A DNA stretch of 64,000 bases from Paragordius varius (GCA_964247055.1 OZ176051.1:12958001-13022000); one strand, 5' to 3'; shown: positions 1 to 11,778, numbered from the stretch's first letter. The notes: a model not told the origin generated them from the letters alone. Numbers and translations are program-made.

Positions 1-1020
1 AGGTAATATTTCCAAAAAGTAATGAGAGCATATGGAATCAATCATGATTCCAGGTTTTTCCGTAAAAGGCAAAAATTTTAATCAAGCGCTTTCTTTGTAT
101 CAGCCTCTGGGTAAGGAGCTACCCGCCTAAAAATGCGCCACCATATCGAAATTGCCTTGTTTAGGAGTTAAAAAAAACCTATCAGGCCATATGAGTTCAA
201 TAAGGGCTTGAAATATTACCCGTAAAAAGGCAAAAATTTAAGTAGTGCGGCTTTATTAAATTAGCCGTTAAATAAGTCCTTTACGCCCTAAAAAATCCGC
301 TCTCATTGAACTATTATTTAGTTTTGAAGCCATTCTTCCAAAAACTATTTGGAAGATTAGGAATGAATGATGATGCCAGGTATTCCCCTATAAAGACAAA
401 TTTTTTTATCGAACAACTTTTTTATATTAACCTCTGGGTAGGGGGCTACCCACCAACAACTGCACCACCATATCGATACAGCTTGACTTTGGAGACAAAT
501 AAAAAACCTATGAGACTAACAGGAACATATGAATTCCAATAATTCCAGATATTTCCCATGTAAAGGCAAAAATTTTGCCCAACGCTTTTTTTATATTTGC
601 CGAGCTACCGGCCAAAAACTCCATCACTATATATAAATTTGTTTTTGAGCTAATTTACAAAAAGTTCATGAAGCCATATGAGCTCATTAAAAGCTTGAAA
701 TATCACCCGCAACTAGGTAAAAATTAAGGTCAAGCGTTTTTTATTAGCCGTTAATTTAGGGCCTTTATGCCCTAAAAATACGCCATCATATAACGATTAT
801 ATAGTGTTGAGGTATTTTTTTGAATAACCCATGAGATGATGGTATCAAAGATGATTCCAAATATTTGCCCTATAAAGGCAAAGAATTTACAGCGCTTTTT
901 CCATATAGGTCTATGGGTAGGGGTCTACCGGTTTAGAACTGAGATGTCATACAAAAATAGCGTCATTTTAACTAATATTCAAAAAACTTAAGAAGCCATA
1001 CGAATTCAGTTAAACACATT
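1..1020. repeat. Diverged tandem repeat, ~162-bp monomer, about 6 copies, runs off window start
   Basis: The AAAGGCAAAA-like motif recurs at ~65, 226, 392, 562, 713 and 874. CCA(T/C)CATAT-like blocks recur at ~137, 461, 619, 781 and 941. Monomers 2 and 5 share CCATATGAG..CTTGAAATAT.ACCCG and TTAGCCGTTA. Confidence 0.7.
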
Positions 1021-1339
1021 TCTGGGGAATTTGTATAATATCATTTCCTTTAAAAAGGGACCACAAAGGATTTACTTTTTATATCTCTTGACAGCTGTGT
1101 GAACACAGTTCAAAATAAAACTTTTAACCATGATTTCGTAGAACGAAAATTAAAATAATTCAAATATGATAGTTGAATATTACCTTTAAGTTTAAATATG
1201 GTCGATTTCGAGTAAACAATATTTGAGCCTATGCAAATACCCGTAAAAGAATAATTAAAGACATTGTTTTTATTAAATATGTTTTTTATTATTTATCTCC
1301 ATTACCTCTATGTATTGCAAATTATTAGGAATAATTATC

Positions 1340-1374
1340 GGTGAACACAGCGAAGCGTGACAGGGCCGGCTAGT
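1340..1374 (+). mobile_element. Possible Helitron 3' terminus
   Basis: GC-rich GCGAAGCGTGACAGGGCCGG is followed directly by CTAG|T (1370-1374), the usual Helitron 3'-end pattern. The hairpin is weak and no 5' end was identified. Confidence 0.35.
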
Positions 1375-1946
1375 TTTCAATATAACATGAAGAGAGCCAG
1401 TCTTAAGCAAATTTGGGACCTCATACAAAGTAAGCTATCCTGTAACTTCCTTTTATTATAGTTTTCCTTTGATTATCAATTTTATATTTTTAATGTCAAA
1501 AATAATAGTGTAGCAGCATTTTGGTAAAAAGGATCAAAATTTTCACTATAATATATTTAGATGTGAAAACATAAATAATTATACAAGTTATAAACATCGG
1601 ATCTTTCTCTGGTTTATTTATATGGGGTTATAGAACTGATTTTTCAGAAACGGACCGGTTTTAAAAAGATTTTCAAAAGTTATGAAAATCATCTAGACCT
1701 TTTATGTAATAAATAAAAATCGCTAAAGGTTTTTTTAACATCTAGAGCAAGAGTGTTATGTGCTTTTTTGGATCGAAAAATCCAACTCCGCATTCGCAAA
1801 ATATATGGGCAATAACAAATATATTATTTGATTATAAACATAAGATGTATAATATTTATTTTAACAATTTTAGCTAGTTCATTGCCAAAGGAAACTCTCA
1901 ATCGAAAAATTTGTTCAAGAAAATCATTTCTATTTAGATTGCTTAA

Positions 1947-2508
1947 CACTTCGATTCAAATTGGGGTATCTAAATACCCAAAACTAAATTTGAGTTAGGA
2001 TTATAATGTAGGAAACGGTCCCAATTTAAATTTATGTTTCTATCCTAATAAAAATTATTGAATATGCCAAAATATCTTAATAAAATTTTGTTTTGAAAAA
2101 TTTCATGTCAAACTACTTCGCCACCATTTTTATTTTAAATTTTTTTGCAAAATATCGTCTTCATGTAATTTGAAAGGAATTAAAGCTAATTTTTTATTTA
2201 AATTACATCTAACATTGATAGAAATAGAAAAAGCGGTTTATTTTGTATTATTTTTTTAATTTACTATTTCACACATGTCACGTTGACGAAATTTTCCTTT
2301 CGGTTTTAGCTTAAAATAAGTAATATCAAGTATTATTGAATAGAATTTTTTATATATTTCGGTTTATCAATGTTATATAAGTGCAAAATTTTGTCATGGT
2401 TTCGATTCCTTCCATACTATTTAAAATATTTGATTTTAAAAAGGTTTGGGGTATCCAACTACCCCAATTTGAATCCAAGGACTAAAATGAGTGTGTTGTA
2501 TTCAAGTG
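1947..2508. mobile_element. Non-autonomous piggyBac-like element (family P), ~560 bp, copy 1
   Basis: TTAA at 1943-1946 and 2509-2512. Ends are CACTT...AAGTG. The motif CTTCGATTCAAATTGGGGTA is 2 bp from the left end and ~29 bp from the right end. Confidence 0.8.
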
Positions 2509-3168
2509 TTAAAGTTTTGTATATAACATATCTGGCGGGAAAATTTTTTGGATAGCCGCATTCGGCCCTCGAGCCGCGTGTTGGCTACCCATGTAGAGCG
2601 CTGATATCACACTTGATTACCTTTTCACTTTTTGTATTTACATTTTGAGGTAATTTTATTCCCAAAGAGCAATTTTGTAAATAAACTATAGTTTTGAACA
2701 TTATTCTCAGGAATTATATAAAGAAGTATATATTTTTTTAAAGATTTGCGACTTCTAGAGTCTAAAATCGGGACAACTCCAACGATTGAAATGAACAGTT
2801 GATATTTTAATAAAATACTAAGTTTTGCTGTTAAATGTAGCCTCAAAGCTTGTTAGGGTTAATTATTTTTTAACCATATACATTTATTTGCCTGTTGTAA
2901 AAGCAATTTAAAAAAAATTATAAAAAATGGCGGCAAAAAAGTTTGAGATGAATTTTATAATTTTCCATTTTTTTAAAAATGCTAAAGAAAGGATATTTTT
3001 AAATTCGGCTTATTACATGCATTTAATATTAAAATTTCAAATCACAGTGGGATATTAAGCCAAAAAATATATGTACTGCTAAAAATAATAAATACCAAAA
3101 AATTACAGAATTATTATTGGAAAGCCTTACAAAGTTTTAATGATTTACAATTTTTATATTAAATTTAG

Positions 3169-3669
3169 CACTTTGATTCATATTAGGGTATCTAGGGAAC
3201 CCAGACTATATTCACGTTTTGTTCCTAATTTAAATATATCCTTCTATCCTAATAATTTTATAAATAAGCCGAAATATCTAAATAATATTTACTTTTGAAA
3301 AAAAAGTTCTATATCAAACTAGTTCGACGCCACTTTTATTTGCAACATCTTTGCAAAATATCGTGTTTATTTTATTTAAGCCAAGATCGAATCTAATTTT
3401 TTACTTATATTAAATCTATAATTGATGCAAACATAAAAAGTGTTTATTTAATGCACACATGTTTTGACTAAATTTTTACCAAAAATAAATAATATCAAGT
3501 ATTTTATAAACTATTTTATATATTTCGGTTCATTATTGTTATATTAGTTTAAATTTTTGCTATTGATTCAATTTATTTCATATTTTTTGAATTATTTAAT
3601 TTTAAACAGACTGGAACCTACAACCCCATTTGCATCGAAGGACTGAAATGAATGTGTTGTATCCAAGTG
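3169..3669. mobile_element. piggyBac-like element family P, copy 2
   Basis: TTAG|CACTTTGATTC ... GTATCCAAGTG|TTAA; interior colinear with copy 1. Confidence 0.75.
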
Positions 3670-3811
3670 TTAACAACATTTCTTCAAAAATCTAACTCAA
3701 ACTGTAAGATTTTTCATTGAAATCACATAACATTGATATAATCAGAAAGTGATTTTTTATATGTTTATACTAATGCACACATTTTATGTTGCCTAATATT
3801 TACCTTATCAA

Positions 3812-4329
3812 CACTTTAATACAAATAGGGGTATCTAAATACCTTCTAAATTAAATTAATAGTTTTAAAAAACACTGAAAGAACCAGTCTTAATTTTGCT
3901 TCTATCCTATAAAAAATTATCTAAAAAAGCAATATCTAAATTAAATTTCGTTTTGAAAAAAAACCATGTCAAACTTAAACGCCATTTTATTTCACAAAAA
4001 TTTTGCAAAATATCGTGTTTTTAAATTTTAACGTTAAATCAAAGCTAATTTTTATTTAAATTAAAAATTGGTTTATAAATATATTCAATTTACCCAAAGG
4101 ACATGTGTTACATTGACCAATTTCACCTTTGGATTTTACATTAAAAAAAAATATTATTTATTTTTGAATAAATTTCTTGTATATTTCGGCTTATCATGTT
4201 ATATAGGCGCAAAATTAAGTGCTGGAATCTATTCCTTCAATATTTTTTAAATGAAATTTTAAACAGGCCTCGGGTCCAACTACCCCAATTTGAATCGAAG
4301 AACTTAAATGAATGTCTTGTATCCAAGTG
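3812..4329. mobile_element. piggyBac-like element family P, copy 3
   Basis: CACTTTAATACAAATAGGGGTATCTAAATACC ... CCCCAATTTGAATCGAAG..GTATCCAAGTG|TTAT; colinear with copies 1-2. Confidence 0.75.
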
Positions 4330-4951
4330 TTATTAGTAAAATAATCCTTTTTTATATTAAGCATATTGTATAAATGCAATGTGCAATGATTTTAAATGTT
4401 GCATAGTATTTATTTTAAACAGGGCTGGGATCCCTGAAAACTCCAATTTGAATCGAACGGAAAATAATGTTATTTTCTGTTATGTTAGGGATTTAAAAAC
4501 GGCGAAACAGTAAAGAAGAAGATTGCAATTTTATTTTTGAAATTCTTTTGTATAAGGCACCAAAAGCAAATTTTTTTAAGCCTACCTTGAATTAAGATGT
4601 TTTTAAAGCGTTCCAAGGGTCAACTACTCCAAAAAATCATAAAGTATTATATGTTTTAAAAGAAATTTTGCGACAAATATTTATGTTTGACAAAAATGCA
4701 AATATTAGATAAAAAATTAATAAATTAACTCTCTATTTACAATTTTATTCACTAAGTCTGCAAATTAAATATTTATAAAATAAAGAAAAATTAATTGCTA
4801 GTTTTAAAATTGCAATGTTATTAGAATACATAATATATAAATAGTCACAATTTTTATATTTATTATTTAAGGCATATAGTAAATTAAAATTTAAAATATA
4901 AATAAGCTAGATTGTAATAAACATTAATAATCGTATTCGAGCACTTTCCTC

Positions 4952-6502
4952 ATGCCTGCCGCAACTGAACAGTAATTAATTTTTAATTTTAGTATGCCAA
5001 TACTTCATCCCTCCGTTTTATGGGCACAAAAACATGACAAAGTGTTTGTTACTGTGAATATTGAAGATTGCAAAAACCCACAAATAGATTTGACATCCAA
5101 AGAAATTCATTTTAAAGGAAATGGTGGGTCCGAACACAAACCATATGCATTTGATATTGAATTATTTCATGAGATTGATACAGAAGTTTTTTAATGTTTA
5201 ATATTTAGAAATCCAAATATGTGCACAGACCTCGAAATATTGAATTTACACTCATAAAAAAAGAAATTGAACCCTGGAAATTTCTTACAACAGATAAAAA
5301 AGTATATAATTACATTCTGAATTACATATATTTAAAATTTTTAAGATACTAATAAGTTTATATATCTGTAGCAACCAGCATTTATCAAAACCGACTTTAG
5401 CAAATATCAAGATGAAGATGAATCGGACGATGAAAAAATGGGAGGTGGATTTGGGGGAATGGGCGGAATGCCTGGAATGGGGATGCCCGGCATGGGCGGC
5501 GGAAATTTCGATTTGAATTCGGTAATTTTCAAAAAAAAACGATTTTACTAATTTTTTTACTTTTTCCAAATACATTTGCATTTAATTAATTTTTTTTGCA
5601 ATATGAGCTTATTGCGAAAGCATATCATAACTTGGTAAAAAGTTTTTTTACTCACTTTTCTAATTGATCATGGTTTAATGGCTTATAAGTCCAAACATAT
5701 TTTATAAAAATATTATTTAGCTTATATGTAAATGATAATATCTAAAAATATTTACAACTACTTTAATCCTCGTTTCCTTTTATTTAAGATGATGTCTCAA
5801 ATGGGCGGTATGGGAGGCATGAATGGAGCTAATTTTGACGATTTGGTATGTAACATTAACATTTATCCTTTTTAAACTAATATAAATATATTTGTGGATG
5901 AAATTTTTACTCATGTCATCTTGTTATTCACCAATAATTGCCATTTATTATAAATGAAAAATTAGCTACTCAGATTATTTTACATTTCTAGAACCATCTA
6001 TTATTTAACAACATACTAAATACTATTACTGTAGTTCGATTAACATTATTGTTGGATAGGTGATACAATAGCATATGATAAAAAACCAAATTTTGTCCAT
6101 TTAATAATATAACATGTGCGATTTTAAAAAATGTAATAACTACTCTCAATGGCCAAAAATAATGCGAATTGATCAACATTAATGTGGATGATACATTTTC
6201 ATTTAATAAAAATTATTTATATAAAATTACGTACAATCAAAAAGATTACGACGTGATATGCAAATATATTTTCAATATGATATGTATAGGATGAAGATTT
6301 ACCCGAAGACGAAGAAAGTGAAGAAAATGAAGAGAGTGACCATGAAGGCGCCCAAAAAAATGGGAAAGAAAATGCGGCGGACATTGACGATGATTTGCCA
6401 GACTTGATTGATGAAACGACAGGCAAAACGGTCCATTCACATTCACCTCCCCAACCATCATCAAATAAACCAAAGGAATCGGGCGATGCTAGTGTGGCTT
6501 AA
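4952..6502 (+). CDS. PTGES3: p23 / prostaglandin E synthase 3 (Hsp90 co-chaperone, Sba1 family), ~234-241 aa
   Basis: Exons: (4952-4971 tentative), 4993-5185, 5209-5301, 5372-5521, 5789-5845, 6290-6502 (TAA), all joined by GT-AG introns. Translation HPSVLWAQKHDKVFVTVNIEDC...IELFHEIDTE|KSKYVHRPRNIEFTLIKK..PW..LTTDKK|QPAFIKTDFSKYQDEDESDDE matches the p23 CS domain and its acidic tail ending DDDLPDL. Alternative start at ATG 4994. Confidence 0.95.
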
Positions 6503-7671
6503 AGCGTGTTTTTTGTGTTTAAAAACTAATTGTTCAATTTACTCAGATTTTCTATAGTTTTTTAACATTATAAACTTGTTCCTCACATGGTAAGAACGGT
6601 CAATTATAATCATAAAATTATGTGTTTATCAGTGACAAACATACTTTCTTGTATCGTGAGCCATTATTTTGAGTATGTAAGGAATATTAAAGTGTTTTTT
6701 TAAAACTCATATCTTAACTACTTTTTTCATTAATTTCATTACTTCCGTTTATCTTACATTCAGGCAATTATTTTTGGCCATAATTTGAGCTTTAATTTTG
6801 TTAATTTTCCATCTTTAGCTGTATTGTACATAAACATTTATTATTACATTTCTTACCCCAAATATATATATGATTCTATGTGATTACAACCATATCATAC
6901 ACAATTTCGTTCATTATATATTGTTTTGTATCTTACTCTACTCACAACTCAAAAACGACATTACCATAGTCAAAATGTGTAATTAATAAATTTCTTGAAT
7001 TTTTTAATATGATATTACATTTTTTTACATATCACTTTCATAAAAAGAGTAAAGAATATGAAAAAAATATTGAGCTGGAATGAGCATGACATACGATTAT
7101 AGAATTAATTCCCATATTTAAAATGGCTTCTCATCATTTTAGAACATCTCCATTTAAATCATATTTTTTATTCACGATTCCGTTTTACTATTTTGAAAGT
7201 TTTTTGGTTTCACTGCGTCCAAAATACTGAAATATTGTCCTGATGAAATAAATATATTTCTGATAGAACAAATAATTAGGATAACCATAGTGTTTTTGGT
7301 TCCCTGTGAGTGATATAATAAAATCATTACGACTTTTTTGTAACTGCTCGATATAAGAAAATCTTAAAATTTACGCACCATTTTAAATAAAATATTTTTA
7401 GTAAAAATTACATTTTAATTCCAGGCATTTAAAAGACCAAACAATCTCACTTATTTGTTTCAAACTTGCTCTTCTAAAATTAGCTAGTTCTTATAAACGC
7501 TAACCGGGATTGTGAGATAAAAATTTAATATACCAAATTTTGATATCAACTAAAAATATTTTGTAAAAAATGCTTACATTATTTGAAAATTAAATTATTT
7601 ACAAAATTTTGTTGAAGGGTATTTCATACTATTTTAGGTGATAAAAAACAGTTTAAAACCGCTTTAAGACA

Positions 7672-8700
7672 TGGGCCGGGTAATAGAAAATTTTTTTTGA
7701 CTTAACTTGCAAGTTTTTTAAGTCATGGCTTGCTCATGCGATAAAAAAAATTTAACATTACACGACTTAAGTCAAGCAAGAAAACTTGATAAAGAGGTGA
7801 TAAAAAATCATATGATCAAGTAAAACTTAAAGATTTTGCAAGTGTGGTGTAGGGCACACTTGCAAAATCTTTAAAAATATGGATAAATTATTTTGGAAAC
7901 TATTTATGTAGAAATTTTAGGTTTTTTATGTAATTCAAACCTTTGATAATGCTATACATTGTTAATTTGATAAATTTTGGCTGATTAACTATTCATTGGG
8001 TATTTACAAAAGAAGATAAATTAATATAAAAGCTCTCCTAATATTTAATAACATGACATATATAAATATGCTAAATATAATTCCGTCATCGCAAAAAATT
8101 GGATTATCAAAAATTTCTTAAAATTAATAATTAAATATTAGTATTGTTAAATTTCAAATCTTCGTTTATTAAAAGCAAAAGGTTACTTCACTATTAATTA
8201 ATGTAAAGAAGTTATTTCATCATAAATTTATTTCGAATAAAATGTTTATAATCTATTAAAAATAAATATGTTATATTGTAAAAACATCTTCCCAATATAT
8301 TTGCAAATGGACTCCAAACAAAATGTAGTGTGATAAAGAAATGGAAATGGTTTTAAGGGCGGGTTTCAACAATCTAGAAATTATTACCAGGCTCAATATT
8401 TAGAAAATTTTATAATATTAAATGAGATACTTGCCAGTGAGTTAAAAAACATAAATGCATGTATTAATTGATTATCTTTTTGTGCCTTATTTCATAAATT
8501 TTGGCTGAAAATGATCAAAAAAATTTCTGTAAAATTTGAATCGGGAGGCAAAAAAATGTTACATTCATTAGCAAAAGACTTGACTTCAGTGTTTTTCTAT
8601 CACCGATCTTCAAGTGTACACTTGCTGGCTTAAGTAAACTTGCTTAACTTGCCACGCTTGACTTACAAGTCAAGTGCGACTTTTTTATCACCCCACCCAT
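7672..8700. mobile_element. Probable non-autonomous DNA element (family E) with GGTGGGGTGATA-type termini and many ACTTGC/CAAGT subterminal motifs
   Basis: 7672 TGGGCCGGGTAATAG and 8686-8700 TATCACCCCACCCA are inverted. 7675-8000 is homologous (reverse complement) to 51300-51620. Contains a perfect 20-bp stem at 7827-7874. Confidence 0.55.
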
Positions 8701-8721
8701 AATATGTCTACATAATTAGAT

Positions 8722-8868
8722 TATGCTGAACATTTATCACCTCAAAATTTTAATCTTAAGGTCCGTTTACTTAATTTTTGGTGATCTTTTTAAAAAACAC
8801 AATATTAATTTAACATAATTTTTAAGACACAAACCTTAAAATTAAAATTCTAAGGTGAACGTTCAGCA
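8722..8868. mobile_element. Small MITE-like inverted repeat
   Basis: ~38-bp imperfect inverted arms ATGCTGAAC..TCACCT.A.AATTTTAAT.TTAAGGT / ACCTTAAAATTAAAATTCTAAGGTGAACGTTCAGCAT. Confidence 0.55.
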
Positions 8869-9409
8869 TCAAATATATAAAAAAAGTGTTTTTATTACGC
8901 CTTTGAGCGTTTGATCGTTTCCAGCAGGGGAAAAGTAAGAAGTATGCTTCAACAATATTTTAAAAAATAAATGTTTTGAAATTGTATGCATTTTTTAAAA
9001 AATATCTTTATCAGATATTAAAATTTAACATATTTTATATATTTATTGCATAATCCTGTAATTTGCGTTTATGTTAAGAAGACAAGCCCGTTTTATAAGA
9101 GAAAAAATTTGGACTTTTGGAGCTTACATCTAAAAATATTATTTTCTTTTTTAGTATTGATTTAGTGATATTTTTTGGATGAAGGAAGTTTCTAACTTTC
9201 ACCAAAAAAAATTTGTTTAAAAAATATCCAGCAAATTTTGCCATTTTCTGATATGAATTACCACAAAAAATAAATAACTTGTTAAATCATCGTAAGGGCT
9301 ATGATAATCCTCATAGATTTTCCGATGAAAATATATATATTATATGAGGTTATTTTTTTATACCGGTTTTGGCTCACAAATTCGCTATTCTTATAACCTG
9401 TGACACTCC

Positions 9410-9826
9410 ATTTTGTTTTGTGGTAGTTATATCTTAAAAGTATTTTAAACAATTTTTTTACAAAAATGTAAAAAAATGATCTAAAACTTTTTTGCCATTT
9501 TTTTATAAATTTTTTGTAGATCGCTAATGCAACAGGCAAATAAATGTATATTATGGTTAGAAAATATAAACAACTAACTTAAAAAAGTCAGGCTACATTT
9601 TACAAAAAATTTATATTTTCATTTTAATAACAGCAGTTCGCTTTCGTTTGAAGGTGTCCGGATATTAAACTCTAGAAGTCACAAAACTGTAAAAATATAA
9701 GCTTTTTCATATAAATGAGAACAATGTTTGATAATTATTTAAACTAAAATAACTTTCCAAACTGTATATCATTTAAAAATAGAGCTCTAGAATATAATAC
9801 CCTAAAAGGTACACTAGGACAAGAGA
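9410..9826. mobile_element. Dispersed ~450-480 bp element family G (CATTTTGGGGTAG termini)
   Basis: Shares the core GATCGCTAATGCAACAGGCAAATAAATGTATATTATGG with 52045-52524, 35709-36000, 25500-25580 and 30535-30900 (reverse), 2620-2960 (reverse); terminal or flanking blocks also match 10765-11095 and 14880-15182. Confidence 0.6.
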
Positions 9827-10443
9827 AATAAAATAAACTTAAATTATGCATAAGTACATAATCAAAATTATAAACTTGCTAATTGCGAAAAAGTGTCATA
9901 GCGAGGATGTTATTTTAAACCGTTACCTGTTTAGCTAGGAACCAACAATTATATAATAAATCAGGGTCCAAAGAATTACTTTTATAATCAAAAGATGATT
10001 TGAGTTTTATTGTGTTTTAGTTGTATCATTGCATTTTTTCAATATACTAACTCCACAAGTATAACAAAAACATTAAAAACATTAGTATTGTTATGATTAA
10101 AATACAATACAAATATGATAAAAATCAGAAGCCTATTAAAAACACGGTAAAAATTCTTTTTTAAGAAATCGAAAGCCTATCCGGTTAAAATCGCTAAATA
10201 TGGCATTCGTATGTAATTGAATATGTTGTTACATAAAAATATTTTGTACAGCTTAATAAAAAAATATCGCTTTTTCCTGAATAAAATAAAAATATACTAT
10301 CGTTTAATTTGTTAACAAAAATATTTTATAGCAACCCAAAACAGTCTGAGCGATGTTAATAAATAGTTGTTTCTAATTTTATAGACGACAGAAGATATCA
10401 ATTGTACATCATGAAAATATGGCATATTATTTATTTACATGAA

Positions 10444-10706
10444 CTATATTATCTTCTTTTGGACACTTATATATAAAACTAAAATTATAAATTATGTATA
10501 CCATTGTTTCCTCTAATAAACGCATCACCGTATTTATTTTTCAATTGGCCATTTAAATATTCTTCTGTTTGTTCCAAGGCAATATTCATGTATCCATCTA
10601 AGCATGCTAATATTCCACGATAATCGACACCAGAATTTAGTTTCACAACTACGGGTCGACCTACGATTTGTTTCAAAAATTCAGATGGGGACTGTTTTGA
10701 ACTCAT
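10444..10706 (-). CDS. LSM6: U6 snRNA-associated Sm-like protein LSm6, 79 aa
   Basis: Exon 1 10706-10502 encodes MSSKQSPSEFLKQIVGRPVVVKLNSGVDYRGILACLDGYMNIALEQTEEYLNGQLKNKYGDAFIRGNN. A 23-nt GT-AG intron spans 10501-10479. Exon 2 10478-10444 encodes VLYISVQKKII*, restoring the conserved Sm2 ending IRGNNVLYIS. Confidence 0.96.
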
Positions 10707-11517
10707 GTAGCCTAACACATTTTAGTATTTAGGTATCCAAGCATATGTAACAATTTAGATACTTCATTTTGGGGTATTTTTATATCAAAGAGCGAATAAT
10801 TTGAATCTCTTATAACTTATTAAAAGCTTTATGCCAATTTATAGCGTTTGAGGCGCATAATAAATAATTTCTTTTTATACTTTCTTAAGTAAGCTTTTTG
10901 GTTGCAAAAGTAAGTAAAAAAATATCGATTTTAAATTATTCAATCGTGTTTTAGCCATTTTAATTTATTCTGGAAGTCATAAAACTGTAAATATAAGCTT
11001 TTAAAACAGAGTGATGTTTGTTAATTAACTAAAATGACTTTCATAACAACAGTTTATTTAAAGACTCTTTAGCATAGAAAACAACCCAACATGGCCGACA
11101 AACAGTGTGTGTCTTAATATAACTTTTATATCATTTAGGCTTAAATTCGTATGTAAGCATTTTGAAAGTTGTAAGAGTATCGTATTCGAGTTTATTATTT
11201 AGTGTTTATGGATGGAATATCTGCTGATTATTCAAAATTTTTAGATTTAGTTTTAATTTAAAAAATATTTTAATATAATGGGGTAACATACTATTATACG
11301 CACATAAGATCGGGGGGCCTTAAAGATCCTGATAAAATTAATATATCACACAAAAATGTATCAGGATTTCGATGGTTCTTTTAATGTCAGCACTTGATAG
11401 TATAAGAAATTAAAAAATTAGCGTTCATTATAATAAAAAATTATCGGTATAACACTGATATCCACAAAAAAATCCTGTTAAATATATATATTCTGGTGGG
11501 AAAAAGTATCAAGAATA

Positions 11518-11778
11518 TCATGGTGCTTTTGGTTTTGGCCTTTGTAAACTAATCTACACTTTTGTGGTAAGTGCTACATATCAGAAAATCGCAAAATTCG
11601 AGACAACTTTTGTAATAAAATTTTTGGTAAAACCTAAATGCTTCATTCCAAATAATATCACTAAATATACCATAAAATACCTATAAAATGCAAAACAATA
11701 TTTTAAAAACATTTTAATTTTTAGAGTGGGCTCCAAAATTCCCAATTTTTTCGCTCTTTTAACGGCTAGTTCTTTTAA
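11518..11778. mobile_element. Arm of foldback-type element family F, interrupted by a family P insertion
   Basis: TATCATGGTGCTTTTGG...CACTTTTGTGGTAAGTGCT.C.TATCAGAAAAT.GCAAAATT matches 20657-20900, 21400-21657 (reverse), 7282-7390 and 9230-9310 (reverse). Homology resumes at 12354. Confidence 0.6.

Noticed and set aside
5285-6473. Minus-strand ORFs 5285-5581, 5988-6179, 6217-6426 and 6246-6473
   Set aside because: Antisense shadows of p23 exons or intron sequence; no homology recognised.
7827-7874. Perfect hairpin as a rho-independent terminator or pre-miRNA
   Set aside because: Eukaryotic context, no U-tract, short for a pre-miRNA, and it lies within a dispersed repeat.
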